In this document: positions 25,752 through 38,960 of the stretch, in pieces
Layout of the letters: every line of letters begins with the position of its first letter
Position numbering within the stretch: position 1 is the first letter of the stretch
DNA from: Eledone cirrhosa
Taxonomy: Eukaryota
Length of the DNA: 64,000 nt
NCBI GenBank assembly: GCA_964016885.1
Contig: OZ024741.1
Coordinates: 141,670,001-141,734,000, forward strand
Direction of reading: 5' to 3'
The notes under the pieces: generated by a model
The model's input: the letters and a program-made list of their open reading frames with translations, nothing else
The model's database searches: none
Told to the model about the DNA's origin: nothing
Position numbers and translations under genes: made by a program

Positions 25752-26105
25752 CCATTTTCCGTCCATTTTTCGACGTTAGCGTGAGTTAGACGAGTTGTCC
25801 TGTTGTGGGCAATGACAAGACAGGTGACCATGCCCTGCTCATACAGAACTAATTTTGGCTTGGTTTCTACAGCTGGATGCCCTTCCTCACACCAACCTTA
25901 TTTAAAGTGAGTACTGGGGGCTTTTTGTCGTGACCCCTACACGACCAGTTTACAGTGAAGACTGGCTGCTTTCTGTCGTGACACCTATACGATCAGTTTA
26001 CAGTGTGGTGTGGGTGCTTTTTGCGTGACACCTACACAACCACTTTACAGTGTAGATTGGCTCTTTTTACCATGTCACCATCACGACCACTTTACAGTGT
26101 GGGCT
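25710..26105 (-). mobile_element. SINE-like repeat with (GAT)n tail and ~48-bp internal minisatellite (x4)
   Basis: (CAT)n, GCTGGATGCCCTTCCT block, and four GCTTT.T..GTGACACC..ACGACCA.TTTACAGTG units. Confidence 0.55.
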
Positions 26106-26468
26106 TGAGGCTTCACTATATGTATACTTCATATATGTATGTATATGTATGTGTGTATATATGTAGATATATATGTGTGTATATATGCATATGTATGTAT
26201 GTTTATATATATATATATGTATATATGTATATGTATATATGTGAATATATGTTAATATTATTTATACATGTGTATGCATATTTGTATATATGTATGTGTA
26301 TATATATATATGTATATATGTATACATATTATGTATATATATTGTGAGTATATATGTATGTATATGTGTGTATATATATATATGTATGTGTGTATACACA
26401 TATATATATTAGATATTAATTTAACAGTGAAAATAATAACAAAGACATGTTATTTTACCTATTCATGT

Positions 26469-26605
26469 CATTGTTTTACAATCGTTTCGGGTGGTTGATC
26501 ATATTAACATATTGACTGATCTATAGCTGTTATATAACTGTATTAACTGTATACTATCAGACATCATATATAGGTTCGATAAAACCGTCTTCTTCGGAAG
26601 CAATG
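26469..26605 (-). ncRNA. Degenerate hammerhead with ~100-nt stem II region
   Basis: Minus: CATTGCTT-CCGAAGA-(long insert)-GAAA-CGATT-GTA-AAACAATG. U4C core change. Confidence 0.5.
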
Positions 26606-26640
26606 GTTTGTTATTATTTTAATTGTTAAAGGTTGTTTAT

Positions 26641-26792
26641 TTGGCAGAGGGTCGGACGCCATTCTTTGACGCATAGAATTACTGCCCGCCGAGGTTAACT
26701 TTGCCTTTCATCCTTACGGAGTCGATAAAATAAAGAACCAGTAACGCACTGAGTAATTACTGGACTTGTGCCAAAAGTAGAAACAATTATTT
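26641..26792 (+). mobile_element. tRNA-derived SINE, partial
   Basis: Core and tail match the family. Confidence 0.75.
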
Positions 26793-26916
26793 TCATTGTT
26801 AGATATATATAATCATATGTATATATATATATATATATATAATTGGTATTGAATGCTTAAGGTGTCCGTATGCGGTAGGCCGTTTGACCACTTTATGCTC
26901 TCATAGAGCAGAGTAT

Positions 26917-27120
26917 ATCACAGAAAAAAAGAGAATCAGTTGTACGACGAATGGAATTTATTGGAAATATTACATTCGTTTCTCTGAGGACCATCTCGAA
27001 AAATGATCGATGTGATGATCGAACCTGACTCTGAAAATCGAGCTGGTCGCCAGAGAAACGATTGTAATATGTCCAATAAATTCCATTCGTCGCAACACTG
27101 ATTCTCTTTTTTCCTGTGAT
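26917..27120. repeat. Inverted repeat, ~85-bp arms; third partial copy at 27153-27198
   Basis: ATCACAGAAAAAAAGAGAATCAGT... versus ...ACTGATTCTCTTTTTTCCTGTGAT. Confidence 0.85.
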
Positions 27121-27304
27121 ATATATATAACTATATATATATATATATATATATCACGGAAAAAAAGAGAATCAGTGTTGCGACGAATGGAATTTATTTA
27201 TGTATATATATATATATACATGTTTATCCCGGGTTCAATCGGGAGTACCCACAGTAAGTAGGGTACTCAATACATAGATGAGTATAAATATTTAATATAG
27301 AAAT

Positions 27305-27355
27305 GGCTTCTACAGGAATAGAACTGTTTGATTCGGGAGAAATCATCAGGAAACC
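27305..27355 (-). ncRNA. Degenerate hammerhead (G12 lost)
   Basis: GGTTTC-CTGATGA-..-cAAAC-AG..CT-GTA-GAAGCC. Confidence 0.5.
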
Positions 27356-27374
27356 TGATATATTTATGTGTGTA

Positions 27375-27443
<69 letters not shown>

Positions 27444-27458
27444 ATATATGTATATATG

Positions 27459-27503
<45 letters not shown>

Positions 27504-27505
27504 AA

Positions 27506-27547
<42 letters not shown>

Positions 27548-27564
27548 ATATATATGTATATATA

Positions 27565-27615
<51 letters not shown>

Positions 27616-27651
27616 AATATAAGATCAAAAGATGGTTAAAAGAGTTCCAAG

Positions 27652-27722
27652 TATTATATTATGCGCATTTCAAAAACAAATATCATCATCGGATGATATT
27701 TGCTTTCTCATCAGATAAAATA
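27652..27722 (-). ncRNA. Type I hammerhead ribozyme
   Basis: TATTTTAT-CTGATGA-GAAAGCAAATATCATC cgat GATGATATTTGTTTTT-GAAA-TGCGCA-TA-ATATAATA. 16-bp stem II; palindromic stem III ATGCGCAT. Confidence 0.85.
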
Positions 27723-29469
27723 GGGAGACGTGATATGAAGCTTAAAAAACACTTGCGAGCAGTGAAGTGTTAAATCAACATATGAAAAATAAAGTAAGAT
27801 GGATATATGAGATTGGGAAAAACGGAAAAGGTAAGTTGAGGAAGAAAGAAAATAAAGGATGACGGGGAGGAGTATAAGAAGAAAGAATGAGAGAGGAGGG
27901 GAAATGAGTGATAGAGAGAGAGAAATAGCCTTTACAACTGAGAAAACATTGTCTCACAGAGAGAAATTAAAAAACCGTTGAAAGATAATAGATCATTTAA
28001 AAATATTTTGAAATTAAAAGTTAATGAGGTTTATGAATTGTGATGTTTATGATTAAAGAAAAAGGAATTAAGAAAAGTATTTATTTAAGGTTTATATATT
28101 GAAGGGTTTAATAATATGTGCGAAAAGGAATTTATTAATATGTATTATTAAAATAAAAATATTAAGGATATTAAGGATATAATGTGAAAGAAGGAGAGAT
28201 TGAATGAATTATGAACTTAGAGGAATTAGTTAGGGTTTAAGTTTGTTTTTATGTATTGTAATATGTAAAAGTAAATAATAGGTTTAATACGAGCACGGAA
28301 GGAGACAAGAAAGAAGAAAACTTAAGGAAGAAAAAATATCTAACGTCAAAAAGTATATATGTTTATAAAATTTTCTAATGGTAATATTATTATATATAGT
28401 TTCTATGTAAATTTGTGCATAGCTGAAAACTTTAATGTTATTAGAGGTGGCCCCCTATTAATTAATAGGAGAGCGGATTCTTTCAGCAACTGCCAACATA
28501 GAACCTCGAAAACCTTCCGCAGGATTTTTGAAAAGTAACCCACCAATAACTCCGCCCTCTCTACTTTAGCCATAGAGTTCTCTCAATAAACAGACAATCA
28601 CACACTCAGGTAGTTAGACGGCTAAGATCGTTGGCACACTTACAAACGGTACTCGGCCTGTTTCCACGAGGTTCTCACAGCTGAGTGCACTTTAGAATAC
28701 CTAGTTAGAATGATTACACACTCAGAATACCTAGTTAGTAAATGATTACACACTCAGGCAAGACCTGATTACGCGCATTTACCTTTACTTTAAGATACCC
28801 TAACCATTGAGTTCTCTCTGTTGGGATATAGCTAGACGTATTGCACACTCAGTTAAGACCGTTTACGCTCTCTATAGATAACTCTACACACAGTACCCGT
28901 TTTATTTAGACATTGAGTTCCCAGAGTTACGATTGGTCACGTTCCTACCGATTGAACACTACACTAGGTTTTGATCATCTAACCATGGAGTGCTCACAGT
29001 TACGGATTGAACAATAATACTTACACACCATTAATGGGCCTACACACATCCTCTAGGCCTTGCTATTCTTTGTTATTTTACTTTACCTTTTGTGTTGGAT
29101 AACACACCTCTACCACTCAAACACGTATCTTAAAAGCCCAAGGGCCCATATGACGAGAAATCGCACTTACTGACACCTTAACCCAAATACCCAACCCTAC
29201 ACGGATCCCCTTGCTGGCCTACATAGCGGTTGCTTGCACGCACAGATTTTAAGACTCGGTACATAGTGAGTTCGATATTAGCTGATTGCTTGCTCTTCAT
29301 ATGGATGTGTATATACCTACACATACACTTTTTGGGACGAGACGGATGTGTATATACCATAACATACACTATTTTGAGATACGAATTTTACAATTCAATC
29401 TATACACGTATAGCAGAACACTGAACTGAATTTACTTGCTTGTGAGTGTGTATGTGTGTGTGTGTGTGT

Positions 29470-29547
<78 letters not shown>

Positions 29548-29588
29548 GTGTGTGTGTGTGTGTGTATGTGTGTGTGTGTATGTGTGTG

Positions 29589-29651
<63 letters not shown>

Positions 29652-30166
29652 CTGTGGTTGACCCAATATTTCCAATTTGCATCGTCAAATTGAGATATAA
29701 CCAATGTAGCATTTGTTGTTTTGTAAACTAAATTTTCGGTGGATGCTATGTTGGTATATTCTTATATTTATTGTTTTTTCTTTGACATCGCTTCGGTGTG
29801 TGTGAGAGTATGTGTGTACCCACTCACACTAATTGGGACCGTCTATAGTTCTACAGATTTGATACTGTGTTGATGTGTGTATATATTTATATATTTTTTC
29901 TTTGACTTCGAGTCGGTGTGTGTGGGTGTTAAGTGTGTGTGTACCCACTCACATTAACTGTGACCGACTGTATTTCTACAGATTTGATTGATGTCCAGCG
30001 CCTTGCAGCTATTGGGATATAGAAATTTGATTGTTTTATGACCTTAACTGAAGTTGAGAGCAGTCGCAGCATTTTGACTGCTTGATCTTTATATGAGGGA
30101 ATAAACTGTGTGAGTGAACATTGCTAATTTTCTCCCTCATATCAAGAATTTGAAGACAATTCATTT

Positions 30167-30240
30167 TCACCTGATGAGATCAGTGATAATTGATCATGGC
30201 TTCACGATCGATCTATCTCTTATTGAAACATGTGTCGTGA
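30167..30240 (+). ncRNA. Type I hammerhead ribozyme
   Basis: TCAC-CTGATGA-(stem II)-GAAA-CATGT-GTC-GTGA. Same family at 61092-61165. Confidence 0.85.
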
Positions 30241-30283
30241 TTAAAATGATTGGAAATTTTAACTTGCCTTCGGATTTTCATGT

Positions 30284-30938
<655 letters not shown>

Positions 30939-31103
30939 CAATATGTTGAAATGGTAACACACTAGAGAGAGATACAGTGCGCTATCAATAAAACAGGGGA
31001 AAACCACCAGGGTATAGAATCTCTAACCTATTAAAGGCAGACTATAGACACGATAATTAAAAATATAAATTAAAGAGTAAATAAATACCTCTATAACTAT
31101 ATA

Positions 31104-31184
31104 ACACACGTACAAATCCAAAGAGATCTGTTTGCCAGTAAGTTGTTGACAGAAATGAAATAACCCCGATTCGTCAGCGTGTGT
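31104..31184 (-). ncRNA. Hammerhead, unit 1 (G12 missing)
   Basis: ACACACG-CTGACGA-..-cAAAC-AGATC tctttg GATTT-GTA-CGTGTGT. Confidence 0.7.
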
Positions 31185-31641
31185 AAGGCTATACATTTCA
31201 GACAACACTAAGAGAATTTTATATGACTGTCCAGCTACACGTGGGGGAGAGAAGTCACAGCGTGTTTAAGGGCAGTGAACCAGTGGCCTCTGAGGGGCGA
31301 TCTGCTAGAAAGGGCAGCCCAAAACGACTCAGAAAAGTGTGCTCAACCAAACAGAGAGAGAGGAAAGTCAGTTATAAGGAGCGAAATATCACGATAAATT
31401 AACGGATCCATAGACTCTCGCCATTCCCTGTAAATAATGTCCTCAAAGGAGAGGAAATCCTGAGCTCTTTAAAATACAATATGTTGAAAAGGTAGCACAC
31501 TAGAGAGAGATACAGTGCGCTATCAATAAAACAGGGGAAAACCACCAGGGTATAGAATCTATAACCTATGAAAGGCAGACTATAGACACGATAATTAAAA
31601 ATATAAATTAAAGCGTAAATAAATACCTCTATAACTATATA

Positions 31642-31722
31642 ACACACGTAAAATCCAAAGAGATTTGTTTCGCCAGTAAGTTGTTGACAGAAATGAGATA
31701 ACGCCGGTTCGTCAGCGTGTGT
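31642..31722 (-). ncRNA. Hammerhead, unit 2 (G16.2 missing)
   Basis: ACACACG-CTGACGA-ACCGG..CTGGC-GAAAC-AAATC tctttg GATTT-TA-CGTGTGT. Confidence 0.75.
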
Positions 31723-32099
31723 AAGGTTATACATTTCAGACAACACTAAGAGAATTTTAAAGTGACTGTCCAGCTACACGTGGGATAAAGAAGTCACAGC
31801 GTGTTTAAGGGCAGTTAACCATTGACCTCTGAGGGGCGAGTTGCTAGAAAGGGCAGCCCAAAACCACTCAGAGAAGCGTGCTCAACCAAACAGATAGAGA
31901 GGAAAGTCTGCCTTTCATAGGTTATGGATTCCATACACTGGTGGTTTTTCCCTGTTTTATTGATAGTGCACTGTATCTCTCTCTAGTGTGTTACCTTTTC
32001 AACATATTGTATTTTAAAGAGCTCAGGTTTTCCTCTCCTTTGAGCACATTATTTACAGGGAATGGCGAGATCTATGGCTCCGTTAATTTATACAGATAT

Positions 32100-32179
<80 letters not shown>

Positions 32180-32220
32180 TTATATATATATATATATGTT
32201 TATATATATATACATATAGC

Positions 32221-33680
32221 GAGAGTACATTAACCTCTTAACCCTGATAATGTTCTCTCGCTACTTGATGATATAAACATCGTAGTAAAAACACCCCCAC
32301 TAGAGAACAGTCAGGAATTAGAGAAAAAGACCATGGAAAGCATCCAGCAAATAGCTAACTCCATCCACCAGAGTATTAGAGTTACTATAGACTACACAAG
32401 CAAACACCCCAACCATCGATTACCTGTACTATACACATAGCTCTGGTTAGAAAGCATTAATAACAAAAAACAAATCCTTCATTCCCATTATGCCAAACCC
32501 ATGCCAAATATCTGATCCACCGAAACTCAGCTGTTTCGGATTACACCAAAATCAACATACTGATTGCGGATTTAGTATGGGTAATGAGAAACGTGTCCCG
32601 CATGTGCAATCCCAAAGGTTACAATCAGAGAGATAAAATCAGAGTATATAGAGGAGCCAGAACCAAATGGGAAAAATGGTAAATAATTATACAAATGGGA
32701 CCTGCCCCTTGTATAGGAGCAAATTTTGGAATAGTATAGAAAGAACTAGGAATAAGGTTAATAGAATAAACTCATGGTATGATAGCAATAAATACCAGAG
32801 TGTAATGTTCATCAATACAACCCCTAGAGGTGAACTAGCCTACAAATTTAGAAGGGCCCTAGATAAACATAAACTTAATATTGAGATAGTAGAAAGACCA
32901 GGTACCTCCATAAAAACACTTATTAGCAACACATACCCTTTTCAAAGACCTCCCTGTATAGATAAGAAATGCATAATCTGTAAACTAAGCCCCCATATTA
33001 ACTGTAAAACTAGAAACATAGTATATAGCATAAGATGTACTGAAGGACAATGTAAAGATAAGAATATAGTGTACATGTGTGAGACAGCTCGTAGTATAGG
33101 AGAACGGTTAAATGAACACTGGCGGGAGCTTCAAGATAGAAAAGAATCATCAATACTCCACCAACGTGCTAAAATAGAACATAAGGGCAAATTAGAGAAC
33201 ATAAAAATAAAAATAAAATCTACACACAGAAAAGACGCAATGTTTAGACAAATCACAGAGGCAATAAACATAAATGAACTCCAACCAAAATTAAATAGAA
33301 AACATGAATGGAACAGCAACATCACAACTTACAATTAAGGACAAAATGAAAACACACACACATAGAACAAACAACCAACCAGTAACATGCAAATAAACAA
33401 ATAAATAAACAAATAAAAACACACACAGACACCCGGATGTAACACATGCGCAAACTAAGCACACAACACACACAAAAACAAGATGGCGTAGGACAGAACA
33501 AAGTAGAGGCACAAAACAAAGAAAAGAATCCCCAGTCACTGAAGAGGTCACAGAATGTGTGACGAAAGAAATTTGACAATATATGAACAATCGTCCGGTT
33601 GTAGAACCAACCAACCGTAAATTTATAAATGCGTGTGTTTCTTATTGGCAACATAACCCTCCCAAAGTATAACAATATCG
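32221..33680 (+). mobile_element. Penelope-like element, sister of PLE-1, 5'-truncated
   Basis: Collinear with 1915-3576. GIY-YIG in ORF 32667-33338 (NIVYSIRC..YMCETARSIGER); same 3' end CCCTCCCAAAGTATAACAATAT. Confidence 0.88.
33535..33577 (+). ncRNA. Minimal hammerhead ribozyme
   Basis: GTCA-CTGAAGA-G-GTCACA gaatg TGTGAC-GAAA-GAAATT-TGAC. Confidence 0.75.
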
Positions 33681-33748
33681 GTTTCAACACACGTTTTCAG
33701 ATAGAGAATCTAACAAATTCAGAAACGAAATTTATATATTTATATATA

Positions 33749-33939
<191 letters not shown>

Positions 33940-34084
33940 ATATATATGTAGCTAAATCTACCAAAATATACGGTAGTGTCCAATCCGTATGAAGAACTCA
34001 ATGTAATCCAAATTTCATGAAAAGAGAAGATGTATTCAAAAATTTGTCGATGAAAATCACAGGAAAACAGAGTCAAGATAAATT

Positions 34085-34182
34085 AATAAAAACAATGAAT
34101 AAAAACAAAGAAACAGTTCCGTAAAATGATGAATTTTTTAATATAAGGAACTGTTTCTTTGTTTTTATTCATTGTTTTTATT
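34085..34182. repeat. Perfect 36-bp-arm inverted repeat
   Basis: 34085-34120 is the reverse complement of 34147-34182. Confidence 0.95.
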
Positions 34183-34330
34183 GACCAGCGGCGCCGATTG
34201 GCGCCCGGCAGACTGGTCGGTCAAGGTGGTCAAGGTGATATAAACATATATATTTATATAAATATATATATATAAATATATATATATAAACATATATATA
34301 TATATGTGTTTATAAATATATATATATATA

Positions 34331-34391
34331 GACTTGCATTTGAAGAGGTTGATTTGGCAGACTGCCAAATCAACCTCTTCAAATGCAAGTC
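34331..34391. repeat. Perfect 30-bp-arm palindrome, 1-nt loop
   Basis: GACTTGCATTTGAAGAGGTTGATTTGGCAG-A-reverse complement, directly after (TA)n. Confidence 0.97.
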
Positions 34392-34442
34392 GATGTTGTT
34401 ACGGTATGTCGAATCTATTTATCTATAAAACTGTTTATATTG

Positions 34443-34508
34443 TATTTTGTCTGAGGAAGGCATAGCATATTGTTAATATGATATCCCTGAAATATATATA
34501 ATGAAATA
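34443..34508 (+). ncRNA. Type I hammerhead ribozyme (AT-rich pLTR family)
   Basis: TATTTTGT-CTGAGGA-AGG..CCT-GAAA-TATATA-TA-ATGAAATA. Confidence 0.8.
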
Positions 34509-34731
34509 AATATGGTTTTATAAATATAGTTTCCATTTATTTAATATTGTAAATATACTCCAAATATTTGTCGAGTGCTTTTATATCAGTTATAAATATT
34601 TACTAGTTGTAACCCAACAATTTTAAATATAACTTTCCATATATATATATATATATATTCAGGACTATCCAGGAAGCTCAAAGGTTGTCTTTTTTCCGGG
34701 TATGTCAATATTTATTTATAAAACAAATATG

Positions 34732-34797
34732 TATTTTATCTGATGAAATCGCACCATAATTTGCATTGGTTTCCCTTGAAATTTGTATAATAAAATA
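34732..34797 (+). ncRNA. Type I hammerhead ribozyme (AT-rich pLTR family)
   Basis: TATTTTAT-CTGATGA-..-GAAA-TTTGTA-TA-ATAAAATA; perfect 8-bp stem I. Confidence 0.78.
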
Positions 34798-35554
34798 AAT
34801 ATGGTTTTATAAATATAGTTTCCATTTATTAATATATTGTATATATATATATATATGTTTAAGGAAAAAAGATGAAATCGAAAATGTAACTGGAGTCTTT
34901 TTTTTTTAAATATATATTTATTTGGTTCCTTTACCGTTTTCGCAGTTCTTCTGCTTTTCAAAAGTAGAATTGAGATGGAGGGTTTGTGGTTTTTGTCAGA
35001 TCTGGTTGGTCTTTAAATGTTACTTCTGTTTTATATAGAAAAAAGTGGCTCGAAATGCCAGCTTTTTAGAGAAGTAATTTGGTTGGTGGGTGAATAAGTA
35101 TAATAAATTTCGCGCCAGTTCGCGTTACAAAGTTCTTATTATATTTGCCTGCCTTCAAACAAAGGGGGGTTTGAGGTTATGTTTTCATATTTGAGTGAAG
35201 TTTGGTTGGTTGATACAGTCACGTGAATAAGCACATCAGCTTTCGTCCCAGTTTGTGTTTGAATTTATTTTTACTTAAAAAAAGGTGGCTCACGAAGGCT
35301 TTTTTTTTAAACGTAATTTGATTATTAAATGAAATTAAAACTGTCACGTGAACAAGTACATTCAATTTCGCGCCCGTATTTTGAAATTTATTTTGTAGCC
35401 TTTTTAGAGAATTTTGTGCTAAACAGACGATAATGGTCAAGAAAAATGTGATGGGGAGAATTGTTCTGGTACAGTGAATATAGCTGGTGCGTTGGGGTGT
35501 CAGAATTCAGACTTTCTATTGAAATAAAGAAAGTAGAGATATGTATGTTTATTT

Positions 35555-35650
35555 GTGTGCTTGTGTGTGTATTTGTGTGGGGGGAGATGATTCTATTAGT
35601 AGAAATGGGGGAGGGAGTTGTGTGTGTGTGTGTGGGGGGGGGGGGGGTGT

Positions 35651-35682
<32 letters not shown>

Positions 35683-36065
35683 TGTATGTGTGGGGTTATG
35701 GTTAGCATGTTAAGATGGAGAGAATATATATATTTATTTTGTATGTGTGTGTGTGTGTGTAGGAAAATGATTCTATTAGTAGAAATGGGGGCGGGAGTTG
35801 TGTGTGAGTGTGTTTGGGTGTTATGTGTGTGCGTATGGGTGTTATGTGTGTGTGTGTGTGTATGTGTGTGTGGGAGTATGGTAAGCATGTTAAGATGGAG
35901 AGAATATATATTTTTTTTTTGTGTGTGTGTGTAGGAAAATTATTCCGTTAGTAGAAATGGGGAGGGAGTTATGTGTGTGAGTGGTGTGGTTAGCATGTCA
36001 AGGTGTTAGAGTATTAATGTATGTTAAGGTTTATTTAGTTCTGGTTTTTATTTTCTAAAGTAGAC
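35555..36065. repeat. ~180-bp degenerate tandem repeat (x3) in PLE-3 3' UTR
   Basis: Repeating ATGATTCTATTAGTAGAAATGGGG ... AGCATGTTAAGATGGAGAG with TG tracts. Confidence 0.8.
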
Positions 36066-36136
36066 GGTGTTATGTATGTGTGTATGTATGTGTCTGTTTG
36101 GATGGTTAGCATATTATGGTGTTAACATAATGTATA

Positions 36137-36384
36137 TTAAACTATATTTAATGCTGGTCAATATTTTTGAATAAACATATTTTCCTTATTTATTCGTATT
36201 TGTTCTGTTGTATTGTCAGCGCAAAAATAAAATGGGAAGACTTAGAATTTGGGTGTCTTATTACTTGCGCATATGTCTAGATGTGCACTTAGTGGTATCT
36301 GTCTCGTGGTTGGATCTCGTAATTGTTGGCGATGAACTGTCATTCTGTTTCTGAGTGTTTTGTTTGTCCTATATAATCTTCATT
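36137..36384 (-). pseudogene. C-terminal half of PLE-3 GIY-YIG (absent from ORF track)
   Basis: NEDYIGQT / LRNRMTVHRQQ..PLSAHL..RINKE..PALN. Confidence 0.85.
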
Positions 36385-38960
36385 CCGCGGGCTCACATAC
36401 ATTCTCTGTGCGTGATTTGGCTCAGCTCAGCCAATCAGCGCCAGTAGAAGAGGATATATCCCTACGCGTTCTGAGGGAGAAATAGCCCGCAAAGATTTGA
36501 GGACGCCACCACTTCCAGGCTAGATGACCTCCAGACTTGACCATGCTAAGTAAACACCGCTTGTTCTTTTGCTCCGCCAGCGCAAACAATATGTAACGAC
36601 AAAACATTTCTACGGAGCTGGCTAAACGCCTTCAGCCAGTTGACCGTATTTTCTCTTGTAATCTTAATTGAATTATTTCATTTCTCTCGGCATGCCAACT
36701 TAACTCACTTCTTAACTTCTGTTAATAAATAATGTAAAACCAAGCAAAAGTCGTTTTCGATATTCCTATCATATCTTTCTACCAAACCTGGTTCCTCGTG
36801 GCAACATTACAACTTCTGAAATATACTTCTCCGCTAAATTGGAATTTACATTTTCAACCAAATTGGTGACAACAACATTTCTTTCCTAAATTGGTGACCC
36901 TTCGACGATAAAGAATGAAAACGCAGCCTATTTGATTTCGCCATTTGTTTTAACGGCAATATGGAGTGGCTTAACATTTGGAATATTCGAATCGGGTTGC
37001 TAGACTCGCTTAGCGTAAGTCCAAATAATTCATAATATTCCATTTGTTGAAGCACACGACCTGTACAATATTTCTGACATAACTTTCTGCTGACTCACGC
37101 ATACAGACGAACAAAAAAATACAACACAAAAGAAAGCGTTTTTTTCGACGTCTAACAAAACATTTCTGTTTTGGATTGAAAATTATTATTGCGAGCATAG
37201 TTTGATAAAGACAGAAAAAAAAGAATTTAAAAAAAAAAGAATTTCTCTGGATATAGAATTTTGCTTTCAACGTTCTGTTGAAATTGCAAATGGAGACTCA
37301 AAAATTTTGTTTTCCCGCGTTCAGCTTGTCTTCTTCGATCCCAGCCATCTGATTGGCTGCATCGTGCCACATGACGGCTTCTTCATCACGGACACATTTT
37401 TCGATCGGCCATCATGGAAAATCATTTTTTTTCTTTAGAATATTTTCAAATTTTCTTTAGAATTTTTTTAGAGAAAAAAATTAGCAGTATTTCCAAAGCT
37501 TTACGCCACGAAGAGATTTCAAAACGGCTACCACCAAGTAACAGCCATCAGCGGAAAAACATGGCTATATTAACCAACACCAGGAAACGGCTTGTAACTT
37601 TACCGACGCAACCACCATACCTTCTGTCTCGTTACCACAAGGACTCGAGAAATTAAGAAATTAGTTTTCTCACCATTATTGCGTCAGACGTGGCTGCCAT
37701 ATCGGTGACGCTAGGTTCTTCAACGCTCGAATTCGACTCTACAGAAGATTCATTGTGACTTTGCTTTAACAACAATTCTACTAGCTCCCTAGTAGGAGCG
37801 TTCACAAAGAAAAAAGAAGCGAATTTTTTGTTAAAAGAAAAGAAACAATTCTCTCTTTCTTCCTTTTTTTTTCAGGCATTTATTTTGGACATTTATTTTT
37901 TTTAAACTGTATTATATGAAAATTCATATCTCTCTATCATTATATATTGACCGCACGCACACATTTTCTTTGCTGTATTACATGGAACTGCAACTCACCT
38001 ACAGATTCGACTTGCTTCTTCTTTTTTTTTCCTTATCAAAGCAACAAGCCATCTTTTCCTGGCTCCATAGCACATTCGGCAATACATCTGGGAGGCCATC
38101 ATTTTCTCGCCAGCACTGGTAAACTACCATAATAGCTTCGTTCACAGCTACTGGTACAACGCTTACCATTAACATTTAATGCAAGAACAGCAACTTCCCC
38201 CATGTCAGACTTTATCTGTTTTCTGGTAGACCTTTGTCGTCACGTATAAACTACAAAACAGCTAGTCATTTGACAGCGGCTCAACACGGCCCGTCGCGCC
38301 TAATTTTTTTTGTTCTTGCATGCATCTTTCTGCTCAATTATTTTTTCATTGATGTGCTCTTTCAGCATTTGTTCTTGCTGATTCAATTATCTGAGGGTCC
38401 TCGGTTTCTTCGTTAACGATTTTCGGCTGAAAATCTGTTCGGAGGTGATGTAGTGACCTACATTCCGCGGGCTCACATACATTCTCTGTGCGTGATTTGG
38501 CTCAGCTCAGCCAATCAGCGCCAGTAGAAGAGGATGTATCCCTACGCGTTCTGAGGGAGAAATAGCCCGCAAAGATTTGAGGACGCCACCACTTCCAGGC
38601 TAGATGACTTCCAGGCTTGACCATGCTAAGTAAACACCGCTTGTTCTTTTTCTCCGCCAGCGCAAACGACAAAACATTCCTACGGAGCTGGCTAAACGCC
38701 TTCAGCCAGTTGACCGTATTTTCTCTTGTAATCTTAATTGAATTATTTCATTTCTCTCGGCATGCCAACTTAACTCACTTCTTAACTTCTGTTAATAAAT
38801 AATGTAAAACCAAGCAAAAGTCGTTTTCGATATTCCTATCATATCTTTCTACCAAACCTGGTTCTTCGTGGCAACATTACAACTTCTGAAATATACTTCT
38901 CCGCTAAATTGGAATTTACATTTTCAACCAAATTGGTGACAACAACATTTCTTTCACCAA
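36385..38960. mobile_element. Unclassified 2.58-kb insertion bounded by ~500-bp direct repeats
   Basis: 36381-36885 is near-identical to 38461-38955 (one 10-nt indel). Removing the insertion restores the PLE-3 frame. No TSD, no TG..CA ends. Confidence 0.8.

Noticed and set aside
25915-26100. Regularly spaced ~48-bp repeats (CRISPR-like)
   Set aside because: Degenerate tandem minisatellite with no unique spacers, eukaryotic context, no cas genes.
26984-27010. CTGAGGA-CCATCTC-GAAA
   Set aside because: No stem II; lies within an inverted-repeat arm.
29178-29369. MYRV..YVG pattern resembling GIY-YIG
   Set aside because: Lacks the downstream R/H/E/N motifs; likely chance.
34915-34965. Possible decayed HHR at the PLE-3 3' end (minus: CAGAAGA-ACTG..CGGT-AAAGG)
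   Set aside because: Two core defects and no clear stem I; the position fits but the motif is not supportable.
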